This document shows positions 14,136 through 27,480 of a stretch of 64,000 bases of DNA, one piece after another; within the stretch, counting starts at the first letter, position 1; every line of letters starts with the position of its first letter. The stretch covers positions 31,496,001-31,560,000 of the forward strand of contig NC_043005.1 of NCBI RefSeq assembly GCF_006345805.1. The letters are read 5' to 3'. The stretch is from Octopus sinensis. Its lineage: Eukaryota. Both the position numbers and the translations under genes were made by a program. The notes under the pieces were generated by a model. It was given only the letters and a program-made list of their open reading frames with translations, was not told the origin of the DNA and did not search any database.

Positions 14136-15081
14136 AATAGACATATAAATGCTTATGTTATGTATATATAAATGAATGTAATTTATGTATATATGTTGGC
14201 ATGTATGTATGTATAATTGATCTATATTGACTTCGTGTTGTTTTGCAATGTATGTATCGACAATACACCTTAGGAGGTTTAATCCAACAAATCTCATTAA
14301 ATATTTCATTAGTTTTCCTGATTGTTATACGTCAATACATCTTGATACAATTATATTATATACTTGTCAGATTTTTCTCATGCTTATTTCTGTCTTTCTA
14401 ATTTGCTGTCATGTTTAATTTACAATATGTTGTATAAAGGTTTAATAAAATATAACCTAAGTAATATGCTTGTATGTTTAAAATGTATAATAACCATTGT
14501 TTCTCAAACGCTAATGATATTCTGTTCGTTTATTTACTTATTCTTGTTAACTAGGCTTGCCTATACTTCTGGGGTTGTATGTTTCGTATGATTTGGTTTC
14601 GAAGGAGACCTCCGTCGAGTAGTGCTTTTGATGTTGATTGTCAATAACTGCAGGAGAAATACGGGGAAGAAGAGATTGTAGAGAGTCAATGTTCTGAAGC
14701 GAAACGGTTGCAATTTGTGTTTATTGTGGTGCCTGAGAAGATGAAAATTATACGAGTGGTGATATGGAAGTGAATATGTGTTGGCTCACCTCCATATGGC
14801 ACTTAGAGAAAGGTGTCATGTAACGAGGCAGTTCCAAGGGGCAGAGTTTACAAAAGCAGTAACTGAAAAAAAATTACAGAATGAGGAAACAGCAACCCTG
14901 GGGACGAAAAGCTAAATGTATTGATAAGTAATTCCATGTAGGGTGTTGCTTAACACACCCAAATTTTGGAGTAGAATTCAATTGTCTCACGTGACCAATA
15001 TGGAGAGTTAGTAATAGTTAGAAGTGTAAGTATTCTCTTACTCGCTTGACAGATGCATTTAAGTAATTTAAGTTAAATTTT

Positions 15082-15163
15082 AGCTCATCTGCCGTCGTGG
15101 TTAAGAACCCGGGCTACTAACCTCAAGATTCCGAATTCGATTCCAGGCAGTGACCTGAATAAC

Positions 15164-15230
<67 letters not shown>

Positions 15231-15413
15231 GCAACATCAAAAACACCTTAGGAATGAGAACCCAGGTTCGAAATTTCCGCAAAACATCTGATGAAGGCTG
15301 GAGGGTATATCAGCCGAAACGTGTCAACAACAAACAAGGTGAGGACAAATATTCGTCAATTGTAAATAATGTAAATAATGTACATAATTCCTCATCTCTT
15401 AAATATAGAACTG
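15082..15413 (+). mobile_element. SINE-like element: tRNA-like head, (AAT)n, degenerate hammerhead core in its body
   Basis: A-box-like GTCGTGGTTAAG, B-box-like GAATTCGATTCC; CTGATGA-A-GGCTG(10 nt)CAGCC-GAAAC-GTGTC at 15288-15325. Confidence 0.65.
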
Positions 15414-15519
15414 CTTGAGTTTGATATTGAGAGGTGGGGCAAAATTACTGTAAAAACAAAATCCCTCGCACGTGCATTTGGGCCATTCCAACAAAATCTC
15501 TGTCAATACTGCTTTCAAA

Positions 15520-15715
15520 TTTTGGCACAGTCACAAATTTTGAGGAGATGGTAAGTCTATTATATTGAGCCACAGTGTTCAACTGATACTTATTTTATCA
15601 ACTCCGAAAGGTTGAAAGGCAAAATCGACCTCGGCAGCATTTGATTTCAGAACGTGAATTTGGAAGAAATGCTGCTGAGAATTTTCTCAAGTGTGTTAAT
15701 AATTCAACTAGCTCA
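15520..15715 (-). mobile_element. SINE family B, degenerate
   Basis: GAAAGGCAAAATCGACCTCGG core shared with 4013-4210. Confidence 0.6.
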
Positions 15716-15840
15716 CCTCCTCAATATAATCTCTCTCAATATTACTTAAACCAAGTGTCAATGCAACACTTCCTTTATAATTTAAATTGAATAGCTCAGC
15801 ATTTACATATGTAGATATACATACTACATATTCATTTATC

Positions 15841-15909
<69 letters not shown>

Positions 15910-16846
15910 AAACACATATACGTGTGTATAGTATGTATATGCACATCTATAATAATAAATGGCAAGTTTGTGCTTGCAACAGTTGATGAAACTTGACACG
16001 TGTGTGGGGCTTATCCCCATGCAGTCACTTGGAATTTTTTAAAAATCGATTTTTAATCAGCATCGATTTTTCAAAAATCGTAAAATTCCGGCATTTTTCG
16101 CACTAGCCATTGTGACATCGATTTGACGAAAAATGCCGAAATTTGACGAAAAATGTTTCATGGGTGACAGCTTATTAACGGTAATCTTATTAACGGTAAT
16201 TTTGTTGGAAATAACTTTGTCTTCCTTTATTCCGATATCACCTATTAACGTTGATGTAACCCTACTTACCCTTTCGCAAGTGGTCTTATGGGAATTGTTA
16301 ATTAATTATCCGTGGATAAAATACCGGGTGATATTAATCTGAGCTTTTGATCCCGGGAAAGAATTAGCCTGAATATACTCCATATTCAGCAAATGTTTCC
16401 TCTTAACCCTAATTTGGTGACCCTCTTCAATTTAGGAGAATAGTCTTATATTAGATTACTGCTTATACATTGAGATCTTGCTGTTGATAAACACAGATAT
16501 CTATGACTACATAAAAAATAACATCACCAAGTAATAAATAGCTAAAAGATTCACTCAGCAGAAATATTAAAGTTTTAGCACAACTCAGCTGACAAACTAG
16601 GGTGGCTTTTACTAGATAAACTGAGTTTGGCAGTGTGGCAGGCTGACAGTGTAACAAGAGTGGACAGTGTGACTATCATTCCCATCATAAGTAGTGAAAC
16701 GGAATGTTATGCAACCACATACTTAAAAATTTTGTTTGATTATCTACAAGTGTAAACATGTAGACACGCTCCACAAAGTAGAAATATAGGATCTGTACAC
16801 GCTCAGCCTCCGCCTACTACTATTTTCCTCCTTTTCGTCCCCTTCT

Positions 16847-16877
<31 letters not shown>

Positions 16878-17299
16878 ATCATCATCATCTTCTTCTTCTT
16901 TAAGGGGGATCAGTAATATAGACTTTGTGGACTTATTCAAGGTATTGTTCAAATGTACGAAATTAATAGCCATTAACTCCCTCCACTACAAATAATCCAC
17001 CTCTCTCTCCTTCTCTCCCTCCCTCTCTCTTTATCACTCTCTATCTTACTCTCTCTTCTGTTCTCTATCTCCAAGTAGCTCTCTGCTCTTCTCTCTCTTT
17101 CCATTTCTCTGTCTCATGCTCTGTGTCTCCTACATACTCTCCTCTCTTTCTCCAACTCCATCCATATCTTTCTCCTGCTAGCTCATCTACTCTGTCTCAC
17201 CCCCATTTTTCTGTCATTTTTTCATACTCCCTCTATCTCTCTATCTCCCCCTCTCTCTCTCTCTATCTCCCTCTCTCTCTCTCTATCTCCTCGCGTGAC

Positions 17300-17520
17300 T
17301 TACCCACAGGCATTGGTGATATGATCCTACACACCCGCTTGTCCCGGACATAACATTATTTGACAAATTTTTCTGAAGTAAGACCATCGAATAACTTGGC
17401 GTTCTGTCTTTCCTGACATCTTTCTTTCAGTGTTTTCGCTCAACACCCGGTCTGGGAATCGAAACCGCGATCCTACGCCGCGACTCCGCTGCCCTAACCA
17501 CTGGGCCATTGTGCCTCCAC
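17300..17520 (-). mobile_element. SINE family C
   Basis: Head matches 11560-11650 (GCTGCCCTAACCACTGGGCCATTGTGCCTCCA). Confidence 0.7.
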
Positions 17521-18199
17521 ATATTGATATATATGGATGTGAATGAAGGTATACTTATACCTATTAATTTATACTTATGGTTCTAATTGAATACATAGCC
17601 TTATATGTATATAATGTAATATAGGTATTTATATAGATATTTGAGTCTACGTAAATGTATATATAGGTATAAACTAGTATGTGTGCGCTTTTGATAAGTA
17701 CACTTAATTATATATGAATGATCTAGTGCATACATTGCTGAAATAATTGTTTATACTTTTTACTTATTTGTTATTCAATTACTTTGTTTATTCTTGATAA
17801 TCTAATCTATGCTAAGTGATAAAATAAATATACACGTATATATAAAATAAACATACACGTATATATATATAATATAAATAATTTATATACATACGTATAT
17901 GTACTTACATCTGTACGTATTTTTATGCATATGTGGGCACAGGAAGTCATGAAATGCGTACAACCAAAAATGCGAACAACGAGTACATGGGACATGAACT
18001 ATTCTTTTGAACAACGAAAGGCATAACTGGAAAAAAAATATACAACATAAAGAACGACCTTTTATCAGTTGTTAGCTGTTTAATCTAGTCTCGTACTTCG
18101 AGCATGTAACAACAATATACACTTTCGATAAAACAGTTACTCCCGCAAAGCAAATTATATATATTTATTGGCCAAACTGGCAAAATGACCATTCCGAAT

Positions 18200-18247
<48 letters not shown>

Positions 18248-18249
<2 letters not shown>

Positions 18250-18487
18250 CTTTTACTCTTTTACTTGTTTCAGTCATTTCACTGCAGCCATGCTGGAGCA
18301 CCGCCTTTAGTCGAGAAAATCGACCTCAGAACTTATTCTTTGTAAGCCTAGTACTTATTCTGTCGGTCTCTTTTGCCGAACCGCTAAGTTACGGAGACGT
18401 AAACACACACACCGGTTTTCAAGCGATGCTGGGGGTACAAACACAGATACACAAACATATACACACATACACATACGTATATATATA

Positions 18488-18536
<49 letters not shown>

Positions 18537-19134
18537 TATATATATATACGACGGGCTTCTTTCAGTTTCCGTCTACCAAATCTACTCACAAGGCTTTGTT
18601 CGGCCCGAGGCTATAGTAGAAGACACTTTCCAAGGTGCCACGCAGTCGGACGAAACCCAGAATCATGTTGTTGGTAAGCAAGCTACTTACCACACAGCCC
18701 TTTTACTCGTTTATTTGTTTCACTCATTTGACAGCGGCAATGCTGGAGCACCGCCTTTAGTCCAACAAATCGACCCCAGGACTTATTCTTTGTAGGCCTA
18801 ATACTTATTCTATCGGTCTTTTTTGCCAAATCGCTAAATTACGGGGACGTAGACACATCAGCACCGGTTGTCATGCAATGTTGAGGAGGGGGTACAAACA
18901 CAGACGCACAAACATACAAATACACACACAGACGCACAAATATACAAAGACACACACAGACACACACACATATATTTATATATGACGGGCTTCTTTCAGT
19001 TTCCGTCTACCAAATCTACTAATAAGGCCTTGGTCAGCCCGAGTCTATAGCAGAAGACACCACCACGCAGTGGGACTGAACCTGGAACCATGTGGTTTGT
19101 AAGCTACTTACCACACATCTACTTCTGCGCCTAT
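18248..19134 (-). mobile_element. Two tandem SINE family A copies
   Basis: Tail-microsatellite-head pattern occurs twice (18248-18700, 18700-19134). Confidence 0.8.
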
Positions 19135-19136
19135 GG

Positions 19137-19171
19137 AAAAATATGGAACGCTTCACAAATTTGCTTGTCAT
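19137..19171 (-). pseudogene. U6: 3' 35 nt of U6 snRNA fused to a SINE head
   Basis: RC ATGACAAGCAAATTTGTGAAGCGTTCCATATTTTT versus U6 ATGACACGCAAATTCGTGAAGCGTTCCATATTTTT (33/35). Confidence 0.85.
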
Positions 19172-19740
19172 ACCTCGTCTACATTAACTAGAATTTTTTT
19201 GGAGGTACAAGCGCCCTTACGCCTTAAATAATTTTAGTTTTATTTATATTGATATAAGTGTTGCTTTTTTTAGAAGCAAAGCATCTTATTTTTTCCATTT
19301 GATCGATCCTATTAAATTACACAGGAACGTCATCTATTTTTAAAAATATTAAAATAATCACTTTTTTAGGGGTGAGTGTACAATATTTGAGTGTGTATGT
19401 ATTATTCATGTATACATACTTGTTCACCGATCTGTGTGTACATACACGCACACATGTACGCACACATCTATATGTGCATGTATATAAAGATATACTTGCC
19501 TTATACGGAGAAAATGTGCTTTATGTATGTGTACTTATGTGCGTTCACGTGGTTGTTTGTGTACGTGTGTATATATGGATATATATATATATATGGGTCT
19601 GTGTGCGTATGTATATACATATATATGTGTGGTTGTTTATATGTTTTCATTTACGTGAATCGGTGCACATACATGAATCTCCATGTATGTGTGCATATGT
19701 GCATAGTTATTTGTAGCTATTGTCTGTGTATCACACACAG

Positions 19741-19741
19741 G

Positions 19742-19836
<95 letters not shown>
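19741..19836. repeat. (GATA)n microsatellite
   Basis: Directly visible; another at about 20574-20640. Confidence 0.95.
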
Positions 19837-20480
19837 CTCAACAACCATAAAGCACATAGTTTCTGCCAACCAAAATCCACTCAGAAGGTATTACGAGGGT
19901 TACGTAACAAAACCCAAAACCAAAGTGCTGCAGACTAGAATCGAACCAGGAGCAATATAGATGCGAACAAACTTTTTGATATCGACACTGTGCCTGCGTG
20001 CAAAGTTGTATGGAAAACTTCGTGACCGAGTCTATAGCAGAATCATTCATTATAAGTCTATGGTTATAACATTAAAACATATTTAGAGTTGCTAAAGAGA
20101 GTAATTTATTACCAAAAATGACAGCAATGTCACGCTAGAAAGGAAAGCAATATTTTCAAAGTTCTGGTTTCTTTCAGGCTTCTGGTTTACACGCACATAT
20201 CGTACAAAACCTAGTAAAAAACGACTAATTAAAAAAGTATAATTGTAGTGGCTGCTGTTAATCTAAGAACGAGTCAGCGTAAAGTCTAACCAAAGGTTTG
20301 GAGTTGAATCGTGATTCAACTGATCACAGGGAACACAGTTACTTCGGTGTATAACATCAACTTGCGAGGGAAATGATGTTTCCTTTGGCTTTTATCATCC
20401 AATAAAAAGCAATCTGTGTATTAATGTCAACATATGTTTACGTTGCGTATATGGCGTATATATATATATATATATTATAT

Positions 20481-20552
<72 letters not shown>

Positions 20553-20572
20553 GTGTGTGTATATATATATAT

Positions 20573-20640
<68 letters not shown>

Positions 20641-21467
20641 GGATTAAGGAGAAAGTCATTGAAAAGGTTGCAAGTAACAACGAAACAACGTTCAAAAACA
20701 AAAACGAAACAAGTGACTTACTGTTTAACCAAATTAAACAAACAATCGCTTAATTAATGGGATATTTAACTAAAATTGACTAATAATAAAGGAGTAGAAT
20801 TGACCTAGTGCGTGTGTTAATAGTATTATTATAATCACTCTCCCTAGACACAATACATATGTGTATGTATATGTATACAGACAAACACAGGCACAGTTTC
20901 ATGCACATAATGGTATGTATAAACATGTATATATGTATAAATGTGTGTGGTAAGGTAGCAGAAAGTGAAAGAGATTATGAGGAGTTTTCTTAACGTGTTT
21001 ATGTTTGTGTGCATATGTACATGAGTGTGTGTGTGTACGTGCGTGTGTTATGTGTGCTTGGTCAAAACACTCATTGATACGTCTGTAAGATTGTATCATG
21101 TTTAATTTAAATTCAAGATTATTAATCGTATATGTGAAGTTATTTCCTTTTTGTTTGCTTCTTCATGTCATAAGAAACTTTACTTTAATTTTAGTTTCAT
21201 TCCCATTTGAATTAAATTAGATAGCATGACTAAAAAATTGGCACTGCTGACCCGACTGTCTTCTAGGACATATCGATAACAGTACTATGTCGATCGGCGG
21301 AATGATTAATGACATATGACTAGAATTACTTTAGTGCAAATTAATAACATTCGTTGATATAGAGAAGGAAATGTAATTCCTCTGAATCACAAGAAGATAC
21401 GAAGATATTCTGTTAAAGTCTGTGAACTTACCATTGTCACACACAAACACACACATGCACGCCCCCT

Positions 21468-21553
<86 letters not shown>

Positions 21554-22016
21554 ACCATGCTTGATCGCCACTAAATCCACAATTTTTCAAAAATTCTCTG
21601 TTTATTTTCTCTTATTCTTTTCTGTTAAAGATCGTAAGGTCGGAACGTTAAATATTTTCTCACTTTCCCAAGCATCAAACTTATACACCTGTTCGTTGTT
21701 CACACCTGTCTTATACCATTTAACAGCCACCTGTACTACCATTCTGTTATTGAACGTTGATATGTTCGCATATTTTTCTTGGGATGTCTACTATATAAGG
21801 ACTTTAACCCGCATGGATATACGCACTCATGGATATACACAGGATTGCATCTAAGGATTTATGCTTTGGTTTATATCACTTCGGAAAGTTGAACTACGAA
21901 CTTTTATGCCCCTTTTTTCTTCTCTCTTTCCATCTCCTTATTCTTTTACTCCTTTCCTCTGTGTTATAATCTTATTGATATATACCATTCTCATTTTCCA
22001 TATTTTCCCCCAGTTT

Positions 22017-22072
22017 GTCTCTGATGACGGAATATCCCATACTCGAGGACATCCCACGAACAGCTGTAAGAT
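22017..22072 (+). ncRNA. Degenerate hammerhead motif
   Basis: GTCT-CTGATGA..mismatched stem II..GAA-CAGCTGTA-AGAT; GAAA has lost one A. Confidence 0.4.
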
Positions 22073-22206
22073 TTTGAATTTCTTCCTGTACTAATTTTGT
22101 ATATGACTTGAGATTTTTGCCTTGCCTTAATGTCTGACGTCCTGTTTAACAATTATATATATATATATATATATAATGTATGTATGTATACATACGTATG
22201 CATATA

Positions 22207-23471
22207 TTGGGTTGGCAACAAAGTTCCCGCTGTTTTTTAAAATTAAAATTTTTTAAAAGGTTTAATAAAAAATAACAGCTAATTAATCAATAATATATTC
22301 ACCCTTGTTGTTTACAACTTCCCAAAGTTCAACAAGATTTTCAATACCTCGTTGGTAGAAATCACCCGATTTCGACTCGAAAATTGATCCAACAAAGCTC
22401 TAAATTCTGCACCAGTATTGAACGAAACTCCGCGCATAGCATTTAAAAGAGATCAAAAGAGATGGAAATCCGTTGGTGCCAAATCAAGAGAGTTCGGCGG
22501 GTGTGGCAGTACTTCTCAGTCATGCGTTTGAATGGCTTTCTCGGTCATATTGGCGATATGAGGGCGGGCGTTGTTGTGCAGCAGAAGAACTCCATGCTGC
22601 TGAATAGGTCTTTTCTTTTGAATAGCAGCCAATCCATCTGTTGAACATAGAGTTCCGCGTTGACTGTTCAAGCAATTCGTAATGGATAATACCATCCCAG
22701 TCCCACCATACGCACAACATCGTTTTACGCGGATGAAGATCTTGTTTCACGCGCGGTTTCGCTTCTTTACCGGGGCTAAGCCATTCCTTGCGCTGCTTCA
22801 TATTGATGTACAGGCACCGTTTTTCGTCGCCTGTAGCGATTCAGTACAGAAATCATTGCTTGTGTCCATGGGTTGAGCGGTGACGAGCAAGCAAACTAGC
22901 GGAGATCGTGGCTCGTTGATTTTTGTTGTTGTCACTTAAAGCATGCGGAACCCATGCTCCATACTTCTGAACCTTTCCCATCGAGTGGAGATGCTTCCCT
23001 ATAGCAGTGTGGGAGCATTCCATTTTCTCTGCCAGTTCCCTTGTCGTTTGACGAGAATTTTTGTGCAAAAGATAGTTTAATCGCTGTTCACCTAACTCAA
23101 CTGGACGGCCAGAACGAGGTACGTCTTTGAGGTCAAAATTTTCATTTTTGAACTTGGCATACCAATCACGAGCGGTTCTTTCAGCTATGGTACCCACTCC
23201 ATATACAGCACAAATGTCACGAGCAACTTTTTCGGCCTTTAGAACCTTGATTAAAAGCAAAAAGAAGGAAGTGTCGAAAATGCTCGTTTTTCTTAACTTC
23301 AGATTCCATTTTAATGATCTGAAAACAAACAAAAATTAACTAAAATTAACTAGAAAAAATAGATTCCAAAATGATTCAATAATAGAATTCTCAATAAACA
23401 TAGATTCCACAATTAAAAACGCAATAAATTCCAAAATTTAAAAAGACCGCGGTAACTTAGTTGCCAACCCA

Positions 23472-23472
<1 letters not shown>
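22207..23472 (-). mobile_element. Full-length mariner DNA transposon, inactive transposase
   Basis: TIRs TTGGGTTGGCAACAAAGTT.. / ..AACTTAGTTGCCAACCCAA with TA on both sides; ATG at 23309 (MESEVKKNEHFRH), RSGRP, WVPHAL, TGDEK, LHNNARPH, HPPNSLDLAP; frameshifts and stops. Confidence 0.95.
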
Positions 23473-23560
<88 letters not shown>

Positions 23561-23829
23561 TGTGTATGTGTGTGTGTGTATGTATACATATATATGCCGA
23601 CATAAAAATATCTGTCATATTCATATTAAAAACTTGTTACGTTCTTAGAGAGAGGTTCTCCGCTTTGTAGATGGAAGTCCTCTGAAATACAATAAAATAG
23701 TTTTAAATCTATATATCAAGGCTAGTCGGGCTAAATTTGATGATGTCTCCATTTTTAAGGAAGAACTTGATGTGTTGGTTAACAGTCAACGGCGTTCAAG
23801 AGCATAAAGATTAAAGTTGTAGTTGAGAA

Positions 23830-24520
23830 AAAGTTACTTGACAAGGATGACTGGAAGCCCTCTGAATATTGAAGGAGAGTTAACCGGGTATCAAAATGCT
23901 ATCATGATCGCTGCTCAATGCTCTGTGAACATAGTAAAGTCCGTAAGATATGACATGGACATCTTGAAAACCAAGTTCCCCCAAACTGTGATGGTCATAG
24001 GGAGTGTCTCTAGTCAGAGTGACGTCATGCTGCCACACATCTTTGAACAGGGACTTAGGCTGTTGGAGACTGTAGCCAAACTGTGGCTGGAGATGGTTAT
24101 TATATATGTGTAACAGCAGGATTTGGCTCTTTGACTTACATTCGGAAGGAGTCAGAAGTTGTTGTCGAGAATTTCTTCGATTTCACCGGCCTAAATTTCT
24201 GGCCTCCTGATTCCCCCGATTGTAATTTCATCGACTGCCTTGTGTGGGGTGCGGTTGACAACACCAAGGCCGAACTGGGAACTAAGATCAAGGGGGTGTT
24301 CAAAGATCATACCAGGGGCCTAGTGAAGAATGCGTGCGCAAGGTTCGGAGACCGTCTTGAGACCATGGTGCCAGCTGAAGGTAGCTAGTTTGAGTAAATA
24401 GTTTGAGTAAATATCTCAGCTATAGTCTAATCGATCTAGTTTTTTTTTAAATAAATACTTTTATTTTGGATGGAATATTGCGTTTTCTTTTTATGCCAAA
24501 TGTCAAATATAGTCTGAACT
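23830..24520 (+). mobile_element. Tc1/mariner-superfamily (maT/rosa-like) transposase remnant
   Basis: KTKFPQTVMVIGSVSSQSDVMLPHIFEQGL and FWPPDSPDCNFIDCLVWGAV resemble DDD-domain motifs. Confidence 0.75.
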
Positions 24521-25095
24521 CCCTATAGACTACGGTACACAATAAAGAACAAAACGCTTTATTCTAATGTTAGTTTTGAATGTAGTAGGAGTTGGAGTTG
24601 AAAGAAGCTTTAGGGATAAACAACATGCTCAGTTTCGTTTCATTTTCAATTATTTCACAATTCGTGTTTACTGAGTCACTGCAGTTCATGAAGCATTGAG
24701 TAAACATTTCTAAAACAAAAAATGAATACGAAAACTTATCTTTATTTAAAAACATTATTAATGTTACATATGTTGAATTCATAATTTGTTTTTATTATAG
24801 ATCTGCTTATTGTTATCAGATGAAATTCAGTAGATAGTTTATACAATAAGTTTATAATTCAGACTAGTGAAGTTGATTCTGTTTAGGAAATGACACTGGC
24901 CGTTGCAGTTTGGAAGATTATTTGTCTATTTCCTCATAACTTATGAAATATTTATTCCATTCATTTGAAATTTTCAGGAAATATATATATATATATAGTT
25001 AATCCAAACATGAACAAAGAGAAAACACAACAACGCGAGGACGTGGAACAAGTATAGTGTTATTGGACGCTCAGGAAAGGAAAGAAAGAAGGAGG

Positions 25096-25130
25096 ATTTA
25101 ACGTTTCGAGTGGTGCTCTTCGTCAGAAAC
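25096..25130 (-). ncRNA. Minimal hammerhead motif in a Penelope-type terminal repeat (about 24990-25200)
   Basis: RC GTTT-CTGACGA-A-GAG-CACCA-CTC-GAAAC-GTT-AAAT; stem III AACGTT; mutated copy on + at 28178-28213 in repeat 28100-28315. Confidence 0.65.
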
Positions 25131-25259
25131 ATAGAAAAAGGAATGATCCAAAGAGAAGACGGAGAAAGAAAATCGCCACCGATACACAAGCGGTCACATA
25201 TTATTCGTAAGGAGTTTATTCAACATATTTTATAATGTTTTGGAAGAGATTCTGATAAA

Positions 25260-25850
25260 TCTCTAATTATGTAGGTAGGCTGTTGAACGATTTAGGATCT
25301 CTTACTGCACAGACTGTTACAGTAAAGTGTTTATGCTCGTGAATTCGAAATGGGCACGAGGGTTGCTGAAAAGGTTTTGGCTTAAACATCCACAGGGACT
25401 CACGGAGCTCACGCTTGCAAGTAGCCATCTCCGACCCGATAGCGGTGATTAGTGATGTGGTCCAGGGGCTGAGAACGTCGGAGATCTCCACTGCCGCTGG
25501 CTCAACCACAAACCAGTGACAGAGCGGCCATACTTTGACAGTGTACCCTTCTCGGTATAATGGAGCCTGGGCTGGTAGCTGTGGATTCTTCCTTCCACCG
25601 CCCATTGTCATGCCATTATAGTACCAGTCGCTCTCCACGCTATACTGCTCTTAAAGAGATCAGACAGTATGGCTAAGACGCCGCAGGTTTCCTCGAACTC
25701 GTGGGAAAAATCGAGGAGACGGTAAAAAACCTGACGGTAGTGGGACTCTCTTCTGGGATTGCACAGATGGTGAAACCTTCTCCAACGGTGACTTGAAGGC
25801 TTTAATTGAGGAAGGTTTACATAATTCATTGTTCCCTATGTAAGATTACG
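25260..25850 (-). pseudogene. Degenerate coding-like remnant, possibly 3' part of the adjacent LINE
   Basis: GC-richer island with broken ORFs on the same strand as the zinc knuckle at 26424-26465; no diagnostic motif. Confidence 0.25.
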
Positions 25851-25918
25851 CAAATCTGAAACATACATATCAACAGGTTTGAAAATACCACTATTTGTTT
25901 TGCTTTAATTATTACAAC

Positions 25919-25955
<37 letters not shown>

Positions 25956-25957
25956 TC

Positions 25958-26362
25958 TTTCAAGGCTACTGAAACTCGAAGCTGCAGACAGAAAGGATTC
26001 TAAAGCCTTTTATGATGGCCTCAAGAAAGTCTATGTTCCTCAAGAGCGTGATGTTACTCCTATTTTTTCAGCGAATAGAAGGACACTCCTCACTGACAAA
26101 TCTGACATCTTGAAATGATGAGAAGAGCACTTTGAAGCGGTGTTGAACTACACCTCAGTCACTAATGACGTCATAATGTTTGGTCCACAGCACACTGTAA
26201 TACCGGAACTGTCGCTGGAGCCAACATTTCTGGAAGTGGTAAACTCTATTAAACATGTAAAGCACCTGTTAGGAATGCTATTCCCCCTGAAATTTACAAA
26301 CAGGGTGGATATAAGCTTTTTAAGAAACTGCATGACCTCTTCAAAACCAAATGGAATGTAGG
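25958..26362 (+). mobile_element. RTE-clade LINE fragment
   Basis: DSKAFYDGLKKVY..TDKSDILK..EHFEAVLNYTSVTND; same family as 31490-32775. Confidence 0.8.
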
Positions 26363-26369
26363 CCTTGTA

Positions 26370-27480
26370 CCACAGTTGAGAAGGGACCTCTGCTTTCTTT
26401 TGCGTCGACTTTTTTATCTTCTCGCATTCGGAGCGGACGTGACCCTTCTCACCGCATTTAAAACATCTGGACTTTATTTTACCCCAAATGGGAGCGAGAC
26501 ATTTTCAATTAATTCGGTTTTCATTGCCATAATGCGTTTCTCCTTTTTTTTGTAAGTTATATAAACAACCGTTCTCACTGCAAGATTTTGGATTATATCT
26601 TTAGGTGGAATAAGCCTTGTTTAGTTTCCGGTTCGTGTATTAAATTTCTGTATTTAAACAGGTGTTCTTTCGAAACTACTAAATCAACGAATCGACCGCC
26701 AACGGCAGCAGAAAAATACTGTTAGCCCATTTTTCGACTTTATATCTTTCAGGGTTAACCTGTTCAGAACAATTATTTTCTTCCTCCAAAAGCGGGAAGT
26801 CAACATTGCACAGGAAAAATTATTTTTCCTTCACGGAAAAAGAGTCCACAAAAATTAAGTTTTTCTTTATCAGAAAAGCAGTTCACAAATTCTCCTTACA
26901 AAAGGAGCACAAAAATAATTTTTCCGCCCCGTAAATCAGCAATAGAAAAACAGCAAAAACTCACTAAATCGCAGAAGAATAACAGACGCAAAGTATAATC
27001 ACCTCTTGTCGGAGTAGCATGGCCTGCTTTTCTCTTTATTATAGGCACAAGGCCTGCATAAAGAGGGGACATACAAAGACATGCAAGGACATAAAAACGA
27101 ATGGAAAATAATAATGAAATGAATATAATTATGATGCAAATGAGACGGCCATCTCGCCCCCGCTGCGAGACGAACCATGAATACCTTTACAATTCCTTTT
27201 TTTTTTCAACAAAAATAACATTTTAAATACTTGTTTCTACCATTAAACTTTACAATTATCTTTACAATAACACTTTACAAACACACTTTATGATTAAACT
27301 TTACAATTAACTTTACAAATAACTTTACAATTAATCTTAAACCCACCTCTAGTTTCGCTGCGATGCGAAACCGTGACCTTTCCTTTCTTTTCCTGCCTTT
27401 AAATCAAACGTTCATTTGTGTCCTTTTTTACAACAAAAATAACATTCTAAATACTTGTTTGTTCATCAATTCATTATTTC
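26370..27480 (-). mobile_element. 5' region/ORF1 remnant of a retroelement with CCHC zinc knuckle
   Basis: RC 26424-26465 encodes CFKCGEKGHVRSEC; short direct repeats at 27150-27460 upstream. Confidence 0.6.

Noticed and set aside
19137-19171. Functional U6 snRNA gene
   Set aside because: Only the 3' 35 nt are present; the ACAGAGA box and 5' stem-loop are absent
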